NCBI GenBank assembly: GCA_964016885.1
Contig: OZ024743.1
Coordinates: forward strand, 112,778,001-112,842,000
Origin: Eledone cirrhosa
Taxonomy: Eukaryota
DNA: 64,000 bases
Direction: 5' to 3'
Position numbers and translations under genes: made by a program. The first letter of the stretch is position 1; every line of letters starts with the position of its first letter. The notes under the pieces are model-generated. The model searched no databases, was not told where the DNA came from, and saw only the letters and a program-made list of their open reading frames with translations. Positions 1 through 13,210 of this stretch are shown here, piece after piece.

Positions 1-664
1 GTCTGGTGGGAGAGGAGCAGACATGCGCCATTCTCGACTCGTGGGTTTATGTCGACTTGTGCTGACTTTGTGGGTTTATGTCGAACACCTGTTATCTCGT
101 GTAGGACGGATCCAGCGATCAGATGAGTCCATCGTGAGGATTGCTCCGCCCTCTTCCTTTAGCCGGGAAGGGCAGGCAATTTTTATCTGTCTGGTGGCCA
201 TGGCGAAAGAGATAGTATGGTGGACACGTTTGAAAGGGCTGAAGACGAGCACTTACCTCTTCGGTGATGCCCTGATTAACTTTTTCAAATTTCATTTGAA
301 AGGAAAATCAGGTTAGAGAGGGAAGTGCTCTCTTCCCAGCATTTTGTTGAAAGATGGGTGAGAGAGGCAAGAATGGCCCGAGTGAATGGGCCTACTCTAA
401 GTATGTGTCTGTAAATTAAAGGTGGAAAACTGGGAGAGGGCACTTGCCCTGATGGTCAGGTCACTGTGGCCTTTTAATGGGCTTTCTCCACGAATGTCCC
501 TCGGAAGTCTCCTCCCTATTGGGGATTTTTTCATTGTTATTTTTTGTTACATCCTCTGTTTTTTTTATTTTTTACACGCAGAAATGCCCTTTAGTACCGT
601 CCTGTATTGTCCTGTACTCTCCTTAATGTCTACTTTATGTAAACCCTTGTGGTTAATAAAGAAA
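1..664 (+). mobile_element. 3' fragment of L1/Tx1-type LINE (same family as 34429-40332), internally deleted, ending in a (TTA)n/(TTC)n tail
   Basis: Matches the reverse complement of ~34430-35030 (AMAKEIVWWTRLKGLKTSTYLFGDALINFFKFHLK; 3' end CCCTTGTGGTTAATAAAGAAA). Bases 1-38 match an ORF2 segment ~1.4 kb further upstream (LVGEAQTCAIPD). Confidence 0.9.
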
Positions 665-2142
665 TCATTATTATTATTATTATTATTTCTTCTTCTTCTT
701 CTTCTTCTTCTTCTTCTTCTTCTTCTTCTTCTTCTTCGCCCATTTATTCTTGAGAAGTTTCAAAGAGCACAGTCCTCCCACACTCCCTCCACTGAGTCCT
801 GTCAAAAGCAACTGCCTCCAATTTATCTGACTAAATCCTGAAGCAAGACCAGACAAAGTCATGGATGTTATCCAAACAGCTTTCTCTGGTCTTCTCCTGG
901 GTCTCCTGCTAGCTGGTTTTGCCCGTATAATCTATCCAGCAATTCTTTATTTAGACATTCTAACCACATTTAAATATCGCAGCTCCGATACTATATTCCC
1001 TAAATATTATAATTAATGGAACGTACGAAACTGAATTCAATATAAAATTGAAACAACTTATGAAACTCTAATTACCTCACAAATTTAATGTGGCATGAAT
1101 TCATAAAAGCTCAGTGCATTGGAAGGTTGCTGTAACATTGATTAATTCACAAGAAACAGCTGCAAAGACTAGAGGTTTAAAAAACAAAATCTGCCATGAA
1201 TAATAATTTCTAATTTAGGAAACTAGACCAACAATTCATGGGGAGGGGACATTCAATTACATCTACATCAGAATTTGACTGGTACTTTATTTTATCGTCT
1301 TTAGAAGAATGAAAGTTAAAGTTGATTTCGATGAGATTTAAATCTAAAACATGAACAACCAGAACAAATACTGCCATGTATTTGTCCATCGCTCTAACGG
1401 CACTATCAGTCCATCGCCTTTAATCCGCCATAAATAAAGTATTTAAAAATTACAGCTATAAGGAATAATGGTTATTTCAAAACTACGTACAATTGATAAA
1501 TTACATAGTAAAAATTAATCATGAAAAAGCTTCTTTTTTTTTAAATGAATCTGGAGTGAAAAGAGGGACATTAATTCGTGATGAACTCATATGTCTACCG
1601 TCCTGGCATGCAGTATGTCTTGGGCATATTAAACATTTTAAACACTTTAATCCAGCCGGTGCACATCCATCTTCAGGCGGAACACAGCCGATTTCTTTCA
1701 GAAAAAGAGACAGATAGAGAAGGAGAGAGGGCCAGAGAGACACTTGACTAATTCATTTATCGACCAAGAAAGGGTGAGAGGCAATGGTGACCTCAAAAGA
1801 ATGACAGCTAAAGTTAACCTCGATGGAATTTGAACACTGAGCGCAATATGCCGGAAGAAATGCCGAGTCAATTTTAATCCATATATTTACGAATCTGTCA
1901 ATAAGACGTCTTCAAAGAGAAATCTAAGTATAACAAAAACAATAACTAGTAAAGTACAGTGGCAACAACAAAGATTAAAGTAATCTTCCTTGAGCATTAC
2001 ATTAAATTATTTGGTATTTCTGAAATAGAAAACACCCCCTTTTTGTTAACACCCAAAGTTGTTTGGCAATTGACATTTTAAATACTACATAGTCATATAA
2101 AAATCACAATATCGACACACCCTTGAGATAATCCAGGACAAA

Positions 2143-2173
<31 letters not shown>

Positions 2174-2392
2174 AAGAAGAAGAAGAAGATGGTGGTGGTG
2201 TTGTTGTTGTTTTAACGCAAGAAAGATTACTTCGTTGTACTCGTTCTTGCTTTCAGTTTGTCTTTTATTCTTTCGAGGTCGATAAAATGTAGCAGTCCAA
2301 TACTTAGGTACATACTTTCTCTCTCTCTCTCTCTAAATATATATATATATATATATATGAAATATAAGAATCAAAGAACTGTTCAAAACATT

Positions 2393-2445
2393 ATTGTGCT
2401 TACAGCTGTTTCCTCCAAACCGAGGTTTGGATTCTTCGGAGCAAT
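2393..2445 (-). ncRNA. Minimal type I hammerhead ribozyme motif (inverted copy, CCGAAGA core)
   Basis: Reverse complement of 5381-5433. Confidence 0.7.
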
Positions 2446-3474
2446 TTATTAATGCATGGACAGTTATATGACCTCCTTTTCAGCCGAGAGACATACCAAT
2501 ACATATTCAAACATTGATACATATTCAAACATTGTGGGTCAACATTCATTACAGAATTTAGAGTGGCAGTACACACTTCGAGATTACATTTATATTAATA
2601 GGTACAATCAAAAATCAAAGATATAGGTTAAAGTACAACATGAAGATAAGTGGTTATATAGTGCAAATGTTATATGTGTGGCACGCATGTGCGTCTTGTT
2701 TATATAGTGTGGCAGAGAGATATGTGTGGTAGAGGCACTTAGGTAGGTAAATAAGAGTGTTAGGTTGGTAGATCTGGTGGCAAAATCTTTATATAATTGA
2801 TATAGTCTGTGTGTGGAGAAATATTATAAGCATTAAAGATAGTGCAAGCATTAAAAGTGTTATAAGTATTGGAGATGCACAGCGCAGGGATGTCAAGTAA
2901 TTCATGTACTTCGGCATTTTCATGGTCAAGGGAGTGTATATTTCGATTATATGCCTTTCACATAATCCACGACAATCCAGTTAGAGATCGTAGTCTGGTG
3001 TTCTTTAGTTCGATACAGGAGGTTGTTACGTTTCGAGAAACGCCATTGAATACCGGAAGTGTGTGCGTGGCTAAGGGGAGTTAATGCATGCGGGGAGGTA
3101 ACTCTGGGGTTTCTATATCTAGCCATTAAAATGTGTCCCAATATAGACCCTAAATTCTATGGTGAAGTGCACCTTCCAAGAGAGACTTTTAAAGCATAAA
3201 GTGTACTAACTATAGAGTAGTTTAACTAAGTTATGCTGAAGGTGATCATACGACGCCTAACTTAGCATACCACATAGCTAGCAGCAATAATAGTAAAATT
3301 AGTTCTTACTTCCAACAAACAAAATCACAACGGGATGCAAACCCTCTAAATACCACTGTAGCAAGCAACGATAGCAACGGCAGTAACAATAGAAATAACA
3401 CTAGTATAAGTAATAACACCAGGGTTGTCAACCCGAACACCCAAAATCCTATATCCACCACACAGACTTCCGTA

Positions 3475-3939
3475 TTGCATTATAACCAGCGGACTAACGC
3501 ACAGAATAATTGTAACTGTAGAGCTAATAGAACCTGCCCTTTAGATAAAAAATGCCTAACCAAGGATGTCATATACTCATGCACAGTCACGACTAATAAC
3601 TCTTCAGAAACCTATGTAGGCTCCACTTCTAACTGCTTCAAAATCAGATATAACTCGCACATCCACTCGTTCAAAAAGCACAGCCTAGCCAACTCCACCT
3701 CACTTTCTAGCTACATACACTATCTAAAATCAAAAAATAAACCATACACACTCAAATGGGAAGTGATAGGCAGCGCGACCTCGTACAAACCACCTAATAA
3801 ATTCTGTAACCTCTGTATACTAGAGACACACAATATTATCTTCTCCAACCGTAACCTACTTAACAAAAAATCTGAGGTGTTTGCAACTTGCCAGCACCGC
3901 CTCAGACATTCCTTCCAAAACTTTAAGCCCTATATATAG
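3475..3939 (+). CDS. C-terminal GIY-YIG endonuclease domain of a Penelope-like retroelement (truncated ORF)
   Basis: CNC-x-CPL-x-C linker, VIYSC...YVGST...FKIRYNSH, and CNLCILE...LLNKKSE..C.H, typical of PLE GIY-YIG domains. Confidence 0.85.
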   Translation: MHYNQRTNAQNNCNCRANRTCPLDKKCLTKDVIYSCTVTTNNSSETYVGSTSNCFKIRYNSHIHSFKKHSLANSTSLSSYIHYLKSKNKPYTLKWEVIGSATSYKPPNKFCNLCILETHNIIFSNRNLLNKKSEVFATCQHRLRHSFQNFKPYI

Positions 3940-5380
3940 CAATGCCGGACTGGAACCTAATACCACATCTAGCATCAAACACCAGAGACACACCCTATAC
4001 TACATACCCAACACTAGCTGATCCATTATAACACAAACAACGACATCCCTCTGGAACCCTTCGCAGGGAAAATACCCATTTATACCTCTACGGCAGGTGT
4101 GACAACATCCACCCACTTGAACGGCACTACACCGCTCTAAGGGTAATTTGAGCATGAATTGATCGGTTGGATGGTGTTGGGCAGAGGAAACACCTTCCTT
4201 AGACAGATGTAAAATGATTTAATCGAGTAGCGCTGTTGACCAGTAGGACCGGGCTGCTGAGCGCAGTGAGTGAATGCAATGCAACTGCCGTGCGGGTTGT
4301 ACGTATATGGATGATCTGATGGTCAGAGAGGGGTCGCGAGGACTGCGGATTGACCTTTGGCCTGCCTGGGGACGATTATCTTTCGACATCCAATGTAGCA
4401 AGCGATGACCCAGATCTTACCAGAGATCATTGGGTCCTGAAGCAATCCTGCAATCACCGCGCCTGGTCATATGAGCAGACTGCAACCACAGAGATCATTA
4501 ATTTAGAATCCTCGCTCATCATCTATAATTTCCATTTGTAGCACCTTAAGATGGGTTAATCCACCATAATAATAATATGATCACCTTCAGCATAACTTAG
4601 TTAAACTACTCTATAGTTAGTACACTTTATGCTTTAAAAGTCTCTCTTGGAAGGTGCACTTCACCATAGAATTTAGGGTCTATATTGGGACACATTTTAA
4701 TGGCTAGATATAGAAACCCCAGAGTTACCTCCCCGCATGCATTAACTCCCTTTAGCCACACACACACTTCCGGTATTCAATGGCGTTTCTTGAAACGTAA
4801 CAACCTCCTGTATCGAACTAAAGAACACCAGACTACGATCTCTAACTGGATTGTCGTGGATTATGTGAAAGGCATATAATCGAAATATACACTCCCTTGA
4901 CCATGAAAATGCCGAAGTACATGAATTACTTGACATCCCTGCGCTGTGCATCTCCAATACTTATAACACTTTTAATGCTTGCACTATCTTTAATGCTTAT
5001 AATATTTCTCCACACACAGACTATATCAATCATATAAAGATTTTGCCACCAGATCTACCAACCTAACACTCTTATTTACCTACCTAAGTGCCTCTACCAC
5101 ACATATCTCTCTACCACACTATATAAACAAGACGCACATGCGTGCCACACATATAACATTTGCACTATATAACCACTTATCTTCATGTTGTACTTTAACC
5201 TATATCTTTGATTTTTGATTGTACCTATTAATATAAATGTAATCTCGAAGTGTGTACTGCCACTCTAAATTCTGTAATGAATGTTGACCCACAATGTTTG
5301 AATATGTATCAATGTTTGAATATGTATTGGTATGTCTCTCGGCTGAAAAGGAGGTCATATAACTGTCCATGCATTAATAA

Positions 5381-5433
5381 ATTGCTCCGAAGAATCCAAA
5401 CCTCGGTTTGGAGGAAACAGCTGTAAGCACAAT
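5381..5433 (+). ncRNA. Minimal type I hammerhead ribozyme motif in PLE pLTR (CCGAAGA core variant)
   Basis: attgct-CCGAAGA-a[tccaaacc tc ggtttgga]g-GAAAC-agct-GTA-agcacaat: stem I, 8-bp stem II, palindromic minimal stem III, GUA cleavage triplet. Confidence 0.75.
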
Positions 5434-5630
5434 AATGTTTTGAACAGTTCTTTGATTCTTATATTTCATATAACTGCTCTGTAAATCATCTGATGTTTTT
5501 ACATTGAGCTACTTAACTTACTGGTAATAAGGTAGTAATACATTACTGCCTACCACTATTTAGGGTGTGTGTAAAATACTTACAACTGCTTAAGGTTTTG
5601 TGTTTACATAACCATAAATAGTATAACTAA

Positions 5631-5682
<52 letters not shown>

Positions 5683-5950
5683 TATTTATTTATTTATTTC
5701 TCTATCTATCCATCTCTATCTCTCTTTTCCCTCCACCTCTTTCTCTCTCTCCCTCTCTGGTAGAAATTGGCTTTTCTGATGTACAGAAGGGATGAACTCT
5801 GCCAGGTTTATTGTACCCAAGACACGCTGTGTATCACCCACCCACACCACAAACGCACACACACACACACATCACCATCAGTAGTTACCGGTCTATATTT
5901 ACATACTTATACACATACATACGCGCACAGCCACAGTAGAAATATATAAC

Positions 5951-6111
5951 TGTTTCTACTTTAGGCACAAGGCCAGCAATTACCAGTGCATTACTGGTAC
6001 TTTATTTTATCGACCCCGTAAGGATGAAAGGCAAAGTCAACCTCGGCGGGATTTGAACTCAGATGGTAAAGGGACGTAACTATGCTGGAAAGCATGGCGT
6101 CCGACCCTCTA
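5951..6111 (-). mobile_element. tRNA-derived SINE (cephalopod type)
   Basis: Shared core gagttcaaatcccgccgaggt..actttgcctttcatccttacggggtcgataaaataaagtaccag; also at 8650-8752, 18645-18832, 40519-40812 and 42845-43058, with decayed copies near 1200-1420, 6510-6660, 27620-27760, 43270-43350 and 58620-58710. Confidence 0.8.
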
Positions 6112-7056
6112 CAGTAGACCCTCTACAGTAGAAATATATAACGGATTCAACTAGTGAATACACATTCCCTTCCTAGAGATCTCACTTACTTAACCTGAAA
6201 TAAAGCCTAAAGTTACAATATTTTAATCCTTCGGTAAAGGCTTGCATTTATTCTTTTCAGAAATGCTGTCGTTATTTAATGATTGTAAGACAGAAAAATG
6301 TTTTCCTTCATTGTATGTAAAGTATGTATGGGCCAGTAATTCTTGATGAAAGCCTGGGAGTGACGTAGGGACAGGTGGTGTTTCTTGGGCTTTTTAAACT
6401 TGGCAGAACACATCATTTCTTCAAGTTTGAAAACAGCTGATTTCTTCCAGAGAGCGACAGAGAAATAAATTGAGAAAAAATGCGAAATATGTAGAACATG
6501 TGAATATGTGACCCCAGTACTGAACTGGTACGTTTATGTCGACCTTGAAATGATAAAACGTAAAGTTGTCATCAATAAGATTTTAACACAGAGAGCCGGA
6601 ACCAACACCACCGTGTATTATATCCGACGTCTTAACGACTCTGCCAGTTGGCCGCCTTTTCCTTCATTAAAGATACGCAAATAAATTAATGATTCCGTAC
6701 TGAGGTAAGATTTCAAGCTACATCCATGTCATTAAAATGGAGTTAGTCTCAGGATATAAAGATCTTCAGATGTGGCGCTGATTGTTCTTTGATTATGCCA
6801 TATAGCCATATACCTAGATAAAATAATTGATAACTGAATGGAATTAAAATATGTCTGCTTCCTTACAACTGAAGATAAGCCGGAAAAACAGAATGACTAT
6901 AGGAGATTGTTATTATGGATAAATATAATCCTGAAACTTTAGAATAAGGATTCGGAAAAGAAAAGAGAGAACAGAAAGCAATATTATAATGTGGATTTAT
7001 GTATATATATAGGTGTATGTACATATGTGTGTATGTATGTATATGTATGTGTATAT

Positions 7057-7116
<60 letters not shown>

Positions 7117-7196
7117 AGTTCCTAACTCAATATATACATTTAATATATGTATATATATAAAGTACAGAACAATCAAATCTATGTTTAATACATTTT

Positions 7197-7247
7197 ATTG
7201 CTGACAATCGTTTCTTCCGAACAGGTGTTTGGAATCATCGGAGCATT
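7197..7247 (-). ncRNA. Minimal type I hammerhead motif (CCGAUGA core), probably in a PLE pLTR remnant (~7160-8110)
   Basis: Minus strand: atgct-CCGATGA-[ttccaaacacctgttcggaa]-GAAAC-gatt-GTC-agcaat. Confidence 0.7.
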
Positions 7248-8173
7248 GGTAAAGTTTAAACACATAAATAAATTCCTATTCTACAGAACATTCATAAAGA
7301 TACGTTGATACTATTGATGCTATCAATAGTGTCCTATTCAAAGTGAGTGAAGATGTTGTGGTCTGCAACAAAGGGTATAATAAAGAGTATAGAAGGAGGA
7401 CATTAGTAGTACATAAGCATATAGGCAGTAAGAATGCAGAGGTATTAAGCATATACAGCATAATGTGGCAAAGATATCACGAAAAATAGGTGTAATAGCA
7501 TGAACATATTAAGCAGTCAAGAATGCATGGGTAGGATATAAGGTGAAAAATTGTGAAGCAGCTAGTGTAATATAGATAAACAAAGTTTCGTTGATGCATG
7601 CGTTGAGAGTGGATAAGATACATAATTAAACAAACAATCCAAGCAGAAGTAAAGCTGTTGTGTAGTACAAGAAATGTTATGTAGTATTAAGATATGTATA
7701 TGTGGTAAGATAATTATAGTTAAAACAGTTTCTATGTGAGTTTATGGTAGATGTGATGTGATACTTGTTCTGGTAATGTTTAAATGTAGATGTGTTGTGA
7801 CTATAGATATTGAGGGTTTTTTTCCATTTCATTGGTTATATTTAGGAAATATTTTAAAATAATATTTAAATATATACAATTATGGATTGTATAATTCCCT
7901 TATTTAAAAAGTGATTAAGGATTAGAGTTGTTCTGAAGTGATCTCTTTTATATAGTCAGATGTTAATTTTCCGAGCTGAGAACTATGTATAGGGTCACGT
8001 GTCTGTAGAATAATCAATAACTAGTACGTTAATTTCACGAGCTGACTGTTCCGTTATTGAACAACTGAAACACTCATCATGGAAACTGACGGGGATCCAA
8101 CATTATAGCCACACCGAAATATTTGTAAATATATAAATATATATGCATATATGTGTGTATTTGTGTGTGTGTT

Positions 8174-8299
<126 letters not shown>

Positions 8300-8408
8300 C
8301 ATGTGTGTGTGCGCGCGCTTTAAAAAAAACTTTGAAAGTGAATCTATATGTATATATATGAATTTGTTTTGCAAGGTTTTTGATATGATATCGTGTGTCT
8401 AAACAAAT

Positions 8409-9156
8409 ATTGTTATACTTGGGAGGGTCATATTGTAATAATATTGCCAGAAATAATAACAGAACACACTCACAGTTTGGTTGGTTTTCGTTTATGTACC
8501 TTTTATATTTCCATAGTTAATTTATTTGGCAATCAACGTTTATCAATGATTGACCAAGGGTTAAAAATACAGATATAAATATATATATATACAGTCTATC
8601 AAAGTTCTTTCGTTGCACATCTGCAACATCATCAGTGGTACTATTATAATCCCGCCGAGGTTAACTTTGCCTTTCATAATTACGGGGTCGATAAAATAAA
8701 GTACCAGTAAGGCACTGGGTATTTGCTGGCCTTGTGCCTAAAGTAGAAACAATTATTATGTTCCCTCCTATGGTATTGTGTTGAATTGTATTGTAATGCC
8801 TACGCCATTTTTATTTTATTTATTTATTAATTTATTCTTGTCACCGGAAACAAGAATAAAAAAATAAATAAAATAAAAATGGCGTAGACATTTCAATACA
8901 ATACAATAGGAGGGTAACATAATAATAGTACCACTGATGATGTTGCAGATGTACAACGAAAGAACTTTGATAGACTATATATATATATTTATATCTGTAT
9001 TTTTAACCGTTGGTCAATCAATGATAAACATTGATTGCCAAATAAATTAACTATGGAAATATAAAAGGTACAGAAACGTAAACCAACCAAACAGTGAGTG
9101 TGTTCTGTTACTATTTCTGGCAATATTATTATAACAATATGACCCTCCCCAAGTAT

Positions 9157-9162
<6 letters not shown>
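8409..9162. mobile_element. Fold-back element centred near 8845, with a degenerate hammerhead in each arm and a SINE fragment (8650-8752) inserted in the left arm
   Basis: 8409-8650 plus 8756-8840 is the reverse complement of 8850-9162; CTGATGA-tgttgcagatgtacaac-GAAA at 8934-8961. Confidence 0.75.
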
Positions 9163-9192
<30 letters not shown>

Positions 9193-9350
9193 CGACTTTC
9201 GTCAAATCGAACCGAAGAAACAATGTTTTCGTCGGTCTTTCCAGTGCTAATACTATCTATCGGTCGCAACTCCAGGTGGAAGGAGCAACGTGAAATAAAG
9301 TGCCTTGCTCAAGGACATAACGCATCGTCCGTTATATATATATATATATA

Positions 9351-9408
9351 TAAATGTAAGTATGTATGTATACGTACATACATATATGTATACAGACGTA
9401 CAGTAGCA

Positions 9409-9448
<40 letters not shown>

Positions 9449-9877
9449 CAGGTACACATACATATATGCACGTATCAGTTTAGCGGACGTTTATTATAAC
9501 GCCCGCTTTGTCCGTTTGTAAACAAACTGACAGCCAGAATTTATGCCGTACGGTGTTAAGGCAACCACGTCAGCTTTTTGTTCAACACTGACACAGCAAC
9601 GATGTACTAGTTTCAAGCTTCTTAGCTATCATCAGCACCGTATACCCTTCTGCCAGATGGTTGAACGTTCGAAAGTATATACTTTCCTTATGAAAATTAA
9701 CGGCTGAGCAGCCTAATTTGCATATAGAGTGAGTTCAGTCGGCCAGGCGCACCGAAAACGATAAGTTGTAATAAAATGAAAACAAAATTTCATTTGTCAC
9801 TCTTAGTACGGCACTTACTTAAATGTAAGTATGTATATATACGTACATACATATATGTATACAGACGTACAGTAGCA

Positions 9878-9943
<66 letters not shown>

Positions 9944-10386
9944 CAGGTACACATACAGGTACACATACATATATGCACGTATCAGTTTAGCGGACGTTTA
10001 TTATAACGCCCGCTTTGTCCGTTTGTAAACAAACTGACAGCCAGAATTTATGCCGTACGGTGTTAAGGCGACCACGTCAGCTTTTTGTTCAACACTGACA
10101 CAGCAACGATGTACTAGTTTCAAGCTTCTTAGCTATCATCAGCACCGTATACCCTTCTGCCAGATGGTTGAACGTTCGAAAGTATATACTTTCCTTATGA
10201 AAATTAACGGCTGAGCAGCCTAATTTGCATATAGAGTGAGTTCAGTCGGCCAGGCGCACCGAAAACGATAAGTTGTAATAAAATGAAAACGAAATTTCAT
10301 TTGACACTCTTAGTACGGCACTTACTTAAATGTAAGTATGTATATATATACGTACATACATATATGTATACAGACGTACAGTAGCA

Positions 10387-10454
<68 letters not shown>

Positions 10455-10895
10455 CATACAGGTACACATACATATATGCACGTATCAGTTTAGCGGACGT
10501 TTATTATAACGCCCGCTTTGTCCGTTTGTAAACAAACTGACAGCCAGTATTTATGCCGTACGGTGTTAAGGCAACCACGTCACCTTTTTGTTCAACACTG
10601 ACACAGCAACGATGTACTAGTTTCAAGCTTCTTAGCTATCATCAGCACCGTATACCCTTCTGCCAGATGGTTGAACGTTCGAAAGTATATACTTTCCTTA
10701 TGAAAATTAACGGCTGAGCAGCCTAATTTGCATATAGAGTGAGTTCAGTCGGCCAGGCGCACCGAAAACGATAAGTTGTAATAAAATGAAAACGAAATTT
10801 CATTTGTCACTCTTAGTACGGCACTTACTTAAATGTAAGTATGTATATATACGTACATACATATATGTATACAGACGTACAGTAGCATGCATATA

Positions 10896-10937
<42 letters not shown>

Positions 10938-11571
10938 CATACAGGTACACATACATATATGCACGTATCAGTTTAGCGGACGTTTATTATAACGCCCGCT
11001 TTGTCCGTTTGTAAACAAACTAACAGCCTGAATTTATGCCGTACGGTGTTAAGGCAACCACGTCACCTTTTTGTTCAACACAGACACGGGAACGATGTAC
11101 TAGTTTCAAGCTTCTTAGCTATCATCAGCACCGTATACCCTTCTGCCAGATGGTTGAACGTTCGAAAGTATATACTTTCTTTATGAAAATTAACGGCTGA
11201 GCAGCCTAATTTGCATATCGAGTGAGTTCAGTCGGCCAGGCGCACCGAAAACGATAAGTTGTAATAAAATGAAAACGAAATTTCATTTCTCACTCTTAGC
11301 ACGGCACTTACTTAAATGTAAGTATGTATGTATACGTACATACATATATGAACGTTCAACCATCTGGCAGAAGGGTATACGGTGCTGATGATAGCTAAGA
11401 AGCTTGAAACTAGTACATCCTTCCTGTGTCAGTGTTGAACAAAAAGGTGACGTGGTTGCCTTAACACCGTACGGCATAAATTCAGGCTGTCAGTTTGTTT
11501 ACAAACGGACAAAGCGGGCGTTATAATAAACGTCCGCTAAACTGATACGTGCATATATGTATGTGTACCTG

Positions 11572-11602
<31 letters not shown>

Positions 11603-11717
11603 GCATGCTACTGTACGTCTGTATACATATATGGATGTACGTATACATACATACTTACATTTAAGTAAGTGCCGTACTAAGAGTGAGAAATGAAATTTCG
11701 TTTTCATTTTATTACAA

Positions 11718-11721
<4 letters not shown>
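9351..11721 (-). mobile_element. Retrozyme-like tandem array: four ~500-bp units, each with a hammerhead, followed by an inverted partial unit
   Basis: Near-identical direct units with HHR-to-HHR spacing of 507, 503 and 483 bp (differences mostly in an internal (TA)n); inverted copy at 11349-11721; (TA)n flanks; no real ORF. Confidence 0.85.
9600..9640 (-). ncRNA. Minimal type I hammerhead ribozyme (further copies at 10107-10147, 10610-10650 and 11093-11133 on -, and 11380-11420 on +)
   Basis: cggtg-CTGATGA-t[agct aaga agct]t-GAAA-CTAG-TA-catcg: canonical core, palindromic ACUAGU stem III, stem I CGGUG/CAUCG. Confidence 0.85.
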
Positions 11722-11794
<73 letters not shown>

Positions 11795-12684
11795 CAGTTT
11801 TGAAGCAGTTCCTTTTTAAATAATTAAATGGTTAAAAGCCTAAACAATACTTATAAAGATTCAAAACTTAGAGCTTTATTCAAAATTTTCAGTCTAAGTA
11901 AACTTTCATGGGTAAATATAAGGTCTGTTTTGTTGTTTCACGCGAGGAAAACGGTTGAAAATGCTTAAGCTTTAGTTGAAGTCAATATAAATGGTGTTAG
12001 AAATTAAAGGAACAGCCTATAGATTTTAAGGTATATTTTTCATCCTAAGTGTGAGCTTTCAGAAATTGAATGGTAATTACCATTCATATTGCAGAGAAGC
12101 GTTATTTAACCACCTTAGTAGGCTTTTTCTTTCGTTTCGAAAATATACCCTAAAATCTTCTTTTTTTTTTAATATATGAATGCAAATTTAGAGTATACAC
12201 CAAAATATAAGTTCATACAAAATATATTATAGTGTTTTTGTTTTGTTATGTTTAACATGGGGGCTTTCAGAAATAATCGTGATTTTCTAATTAGTTTTTC
12301 TACTAACCGGTTTCGCTATAAGTTGCTTTTCATAGTTTCATTTTCAATTAAGCAGGTGTTTATGCAAATGTTTATGTGTGCATGTGTTAACATATGTATA
12401 TTTTCTACCTCTGTGCGTTCCGACAACCTGTTTCATTTGCTTCAATCAACAGAACAGTCTACTCGCAACGGGCAGCGCATCTCACAGACATTAACTTTAT
12501 TTTTAGTGTATGACATAACTTTGACTCTGTTTTTAGTGTGTGAAAACGTTAACCCTTTGAATTACAGGTACTATTCAGTGGAATAAGCAACATAAATTTT
12601 TCAAAAGATTGGTGAAAGACACTATGAGCCGGTAGAAAGCGAACTCACAGTTTTACGGGCATGTATTTCTGCGTGAGTCTACAG

Positions 12685-12762
<78 letters not shown>

Positions 12763-13210
12763 GTACAGTATTAGGAAGAACTCTATATTCAAGATAACTG
12801 TATATATATGTGAGCGTGTGTGTGTGTGTATATATTTATATATTTATATATTTATATATTTACATGTATATATTTATCTATAGATCTATGCATACACGCA
12901 TACACACACATACACATACATACATATTCATACATACATACACACAGATATTCATACATACATACATACACACACGTATATACATACATACATTGATACA
13001 TACATACATACATACATACATGCATACATACATACATACATACATACATACATACATACATACATACATACATACGTACATACGTACATACATACATACA
13101 TACATACATACATACGTACATACATACAAATGCCTACACACATATATACATACATATATTGATACATACATACGTACATACATACGTACATACATACATA
13201 CATACATACA

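Larger units (their letters stand above)
2354..5633 (+). mobile_element. Penelope-like element (PLE), 5'-truncated, with inverted pseudo-LTR
   Basis: GIY-YIG ORF at 3475-3939; 897-bp near-perfect inverted repeat 2354-3250 / 4576-5472; hammerhead in both arms; (TA)n on both flanks. Confidence 0.9.

Noticed and set aside
740-970. Possible decayed RTE C-terminal fragment on the minus strand (RRPRRRPEK)
   Set aside because: Too short and degenerate to support without an alignment.
2869-4957. Duplicated 64-71 aa ORFs on opposite strands
   Set aside because: By-products of the inverted pLTR; no recognisable domain.
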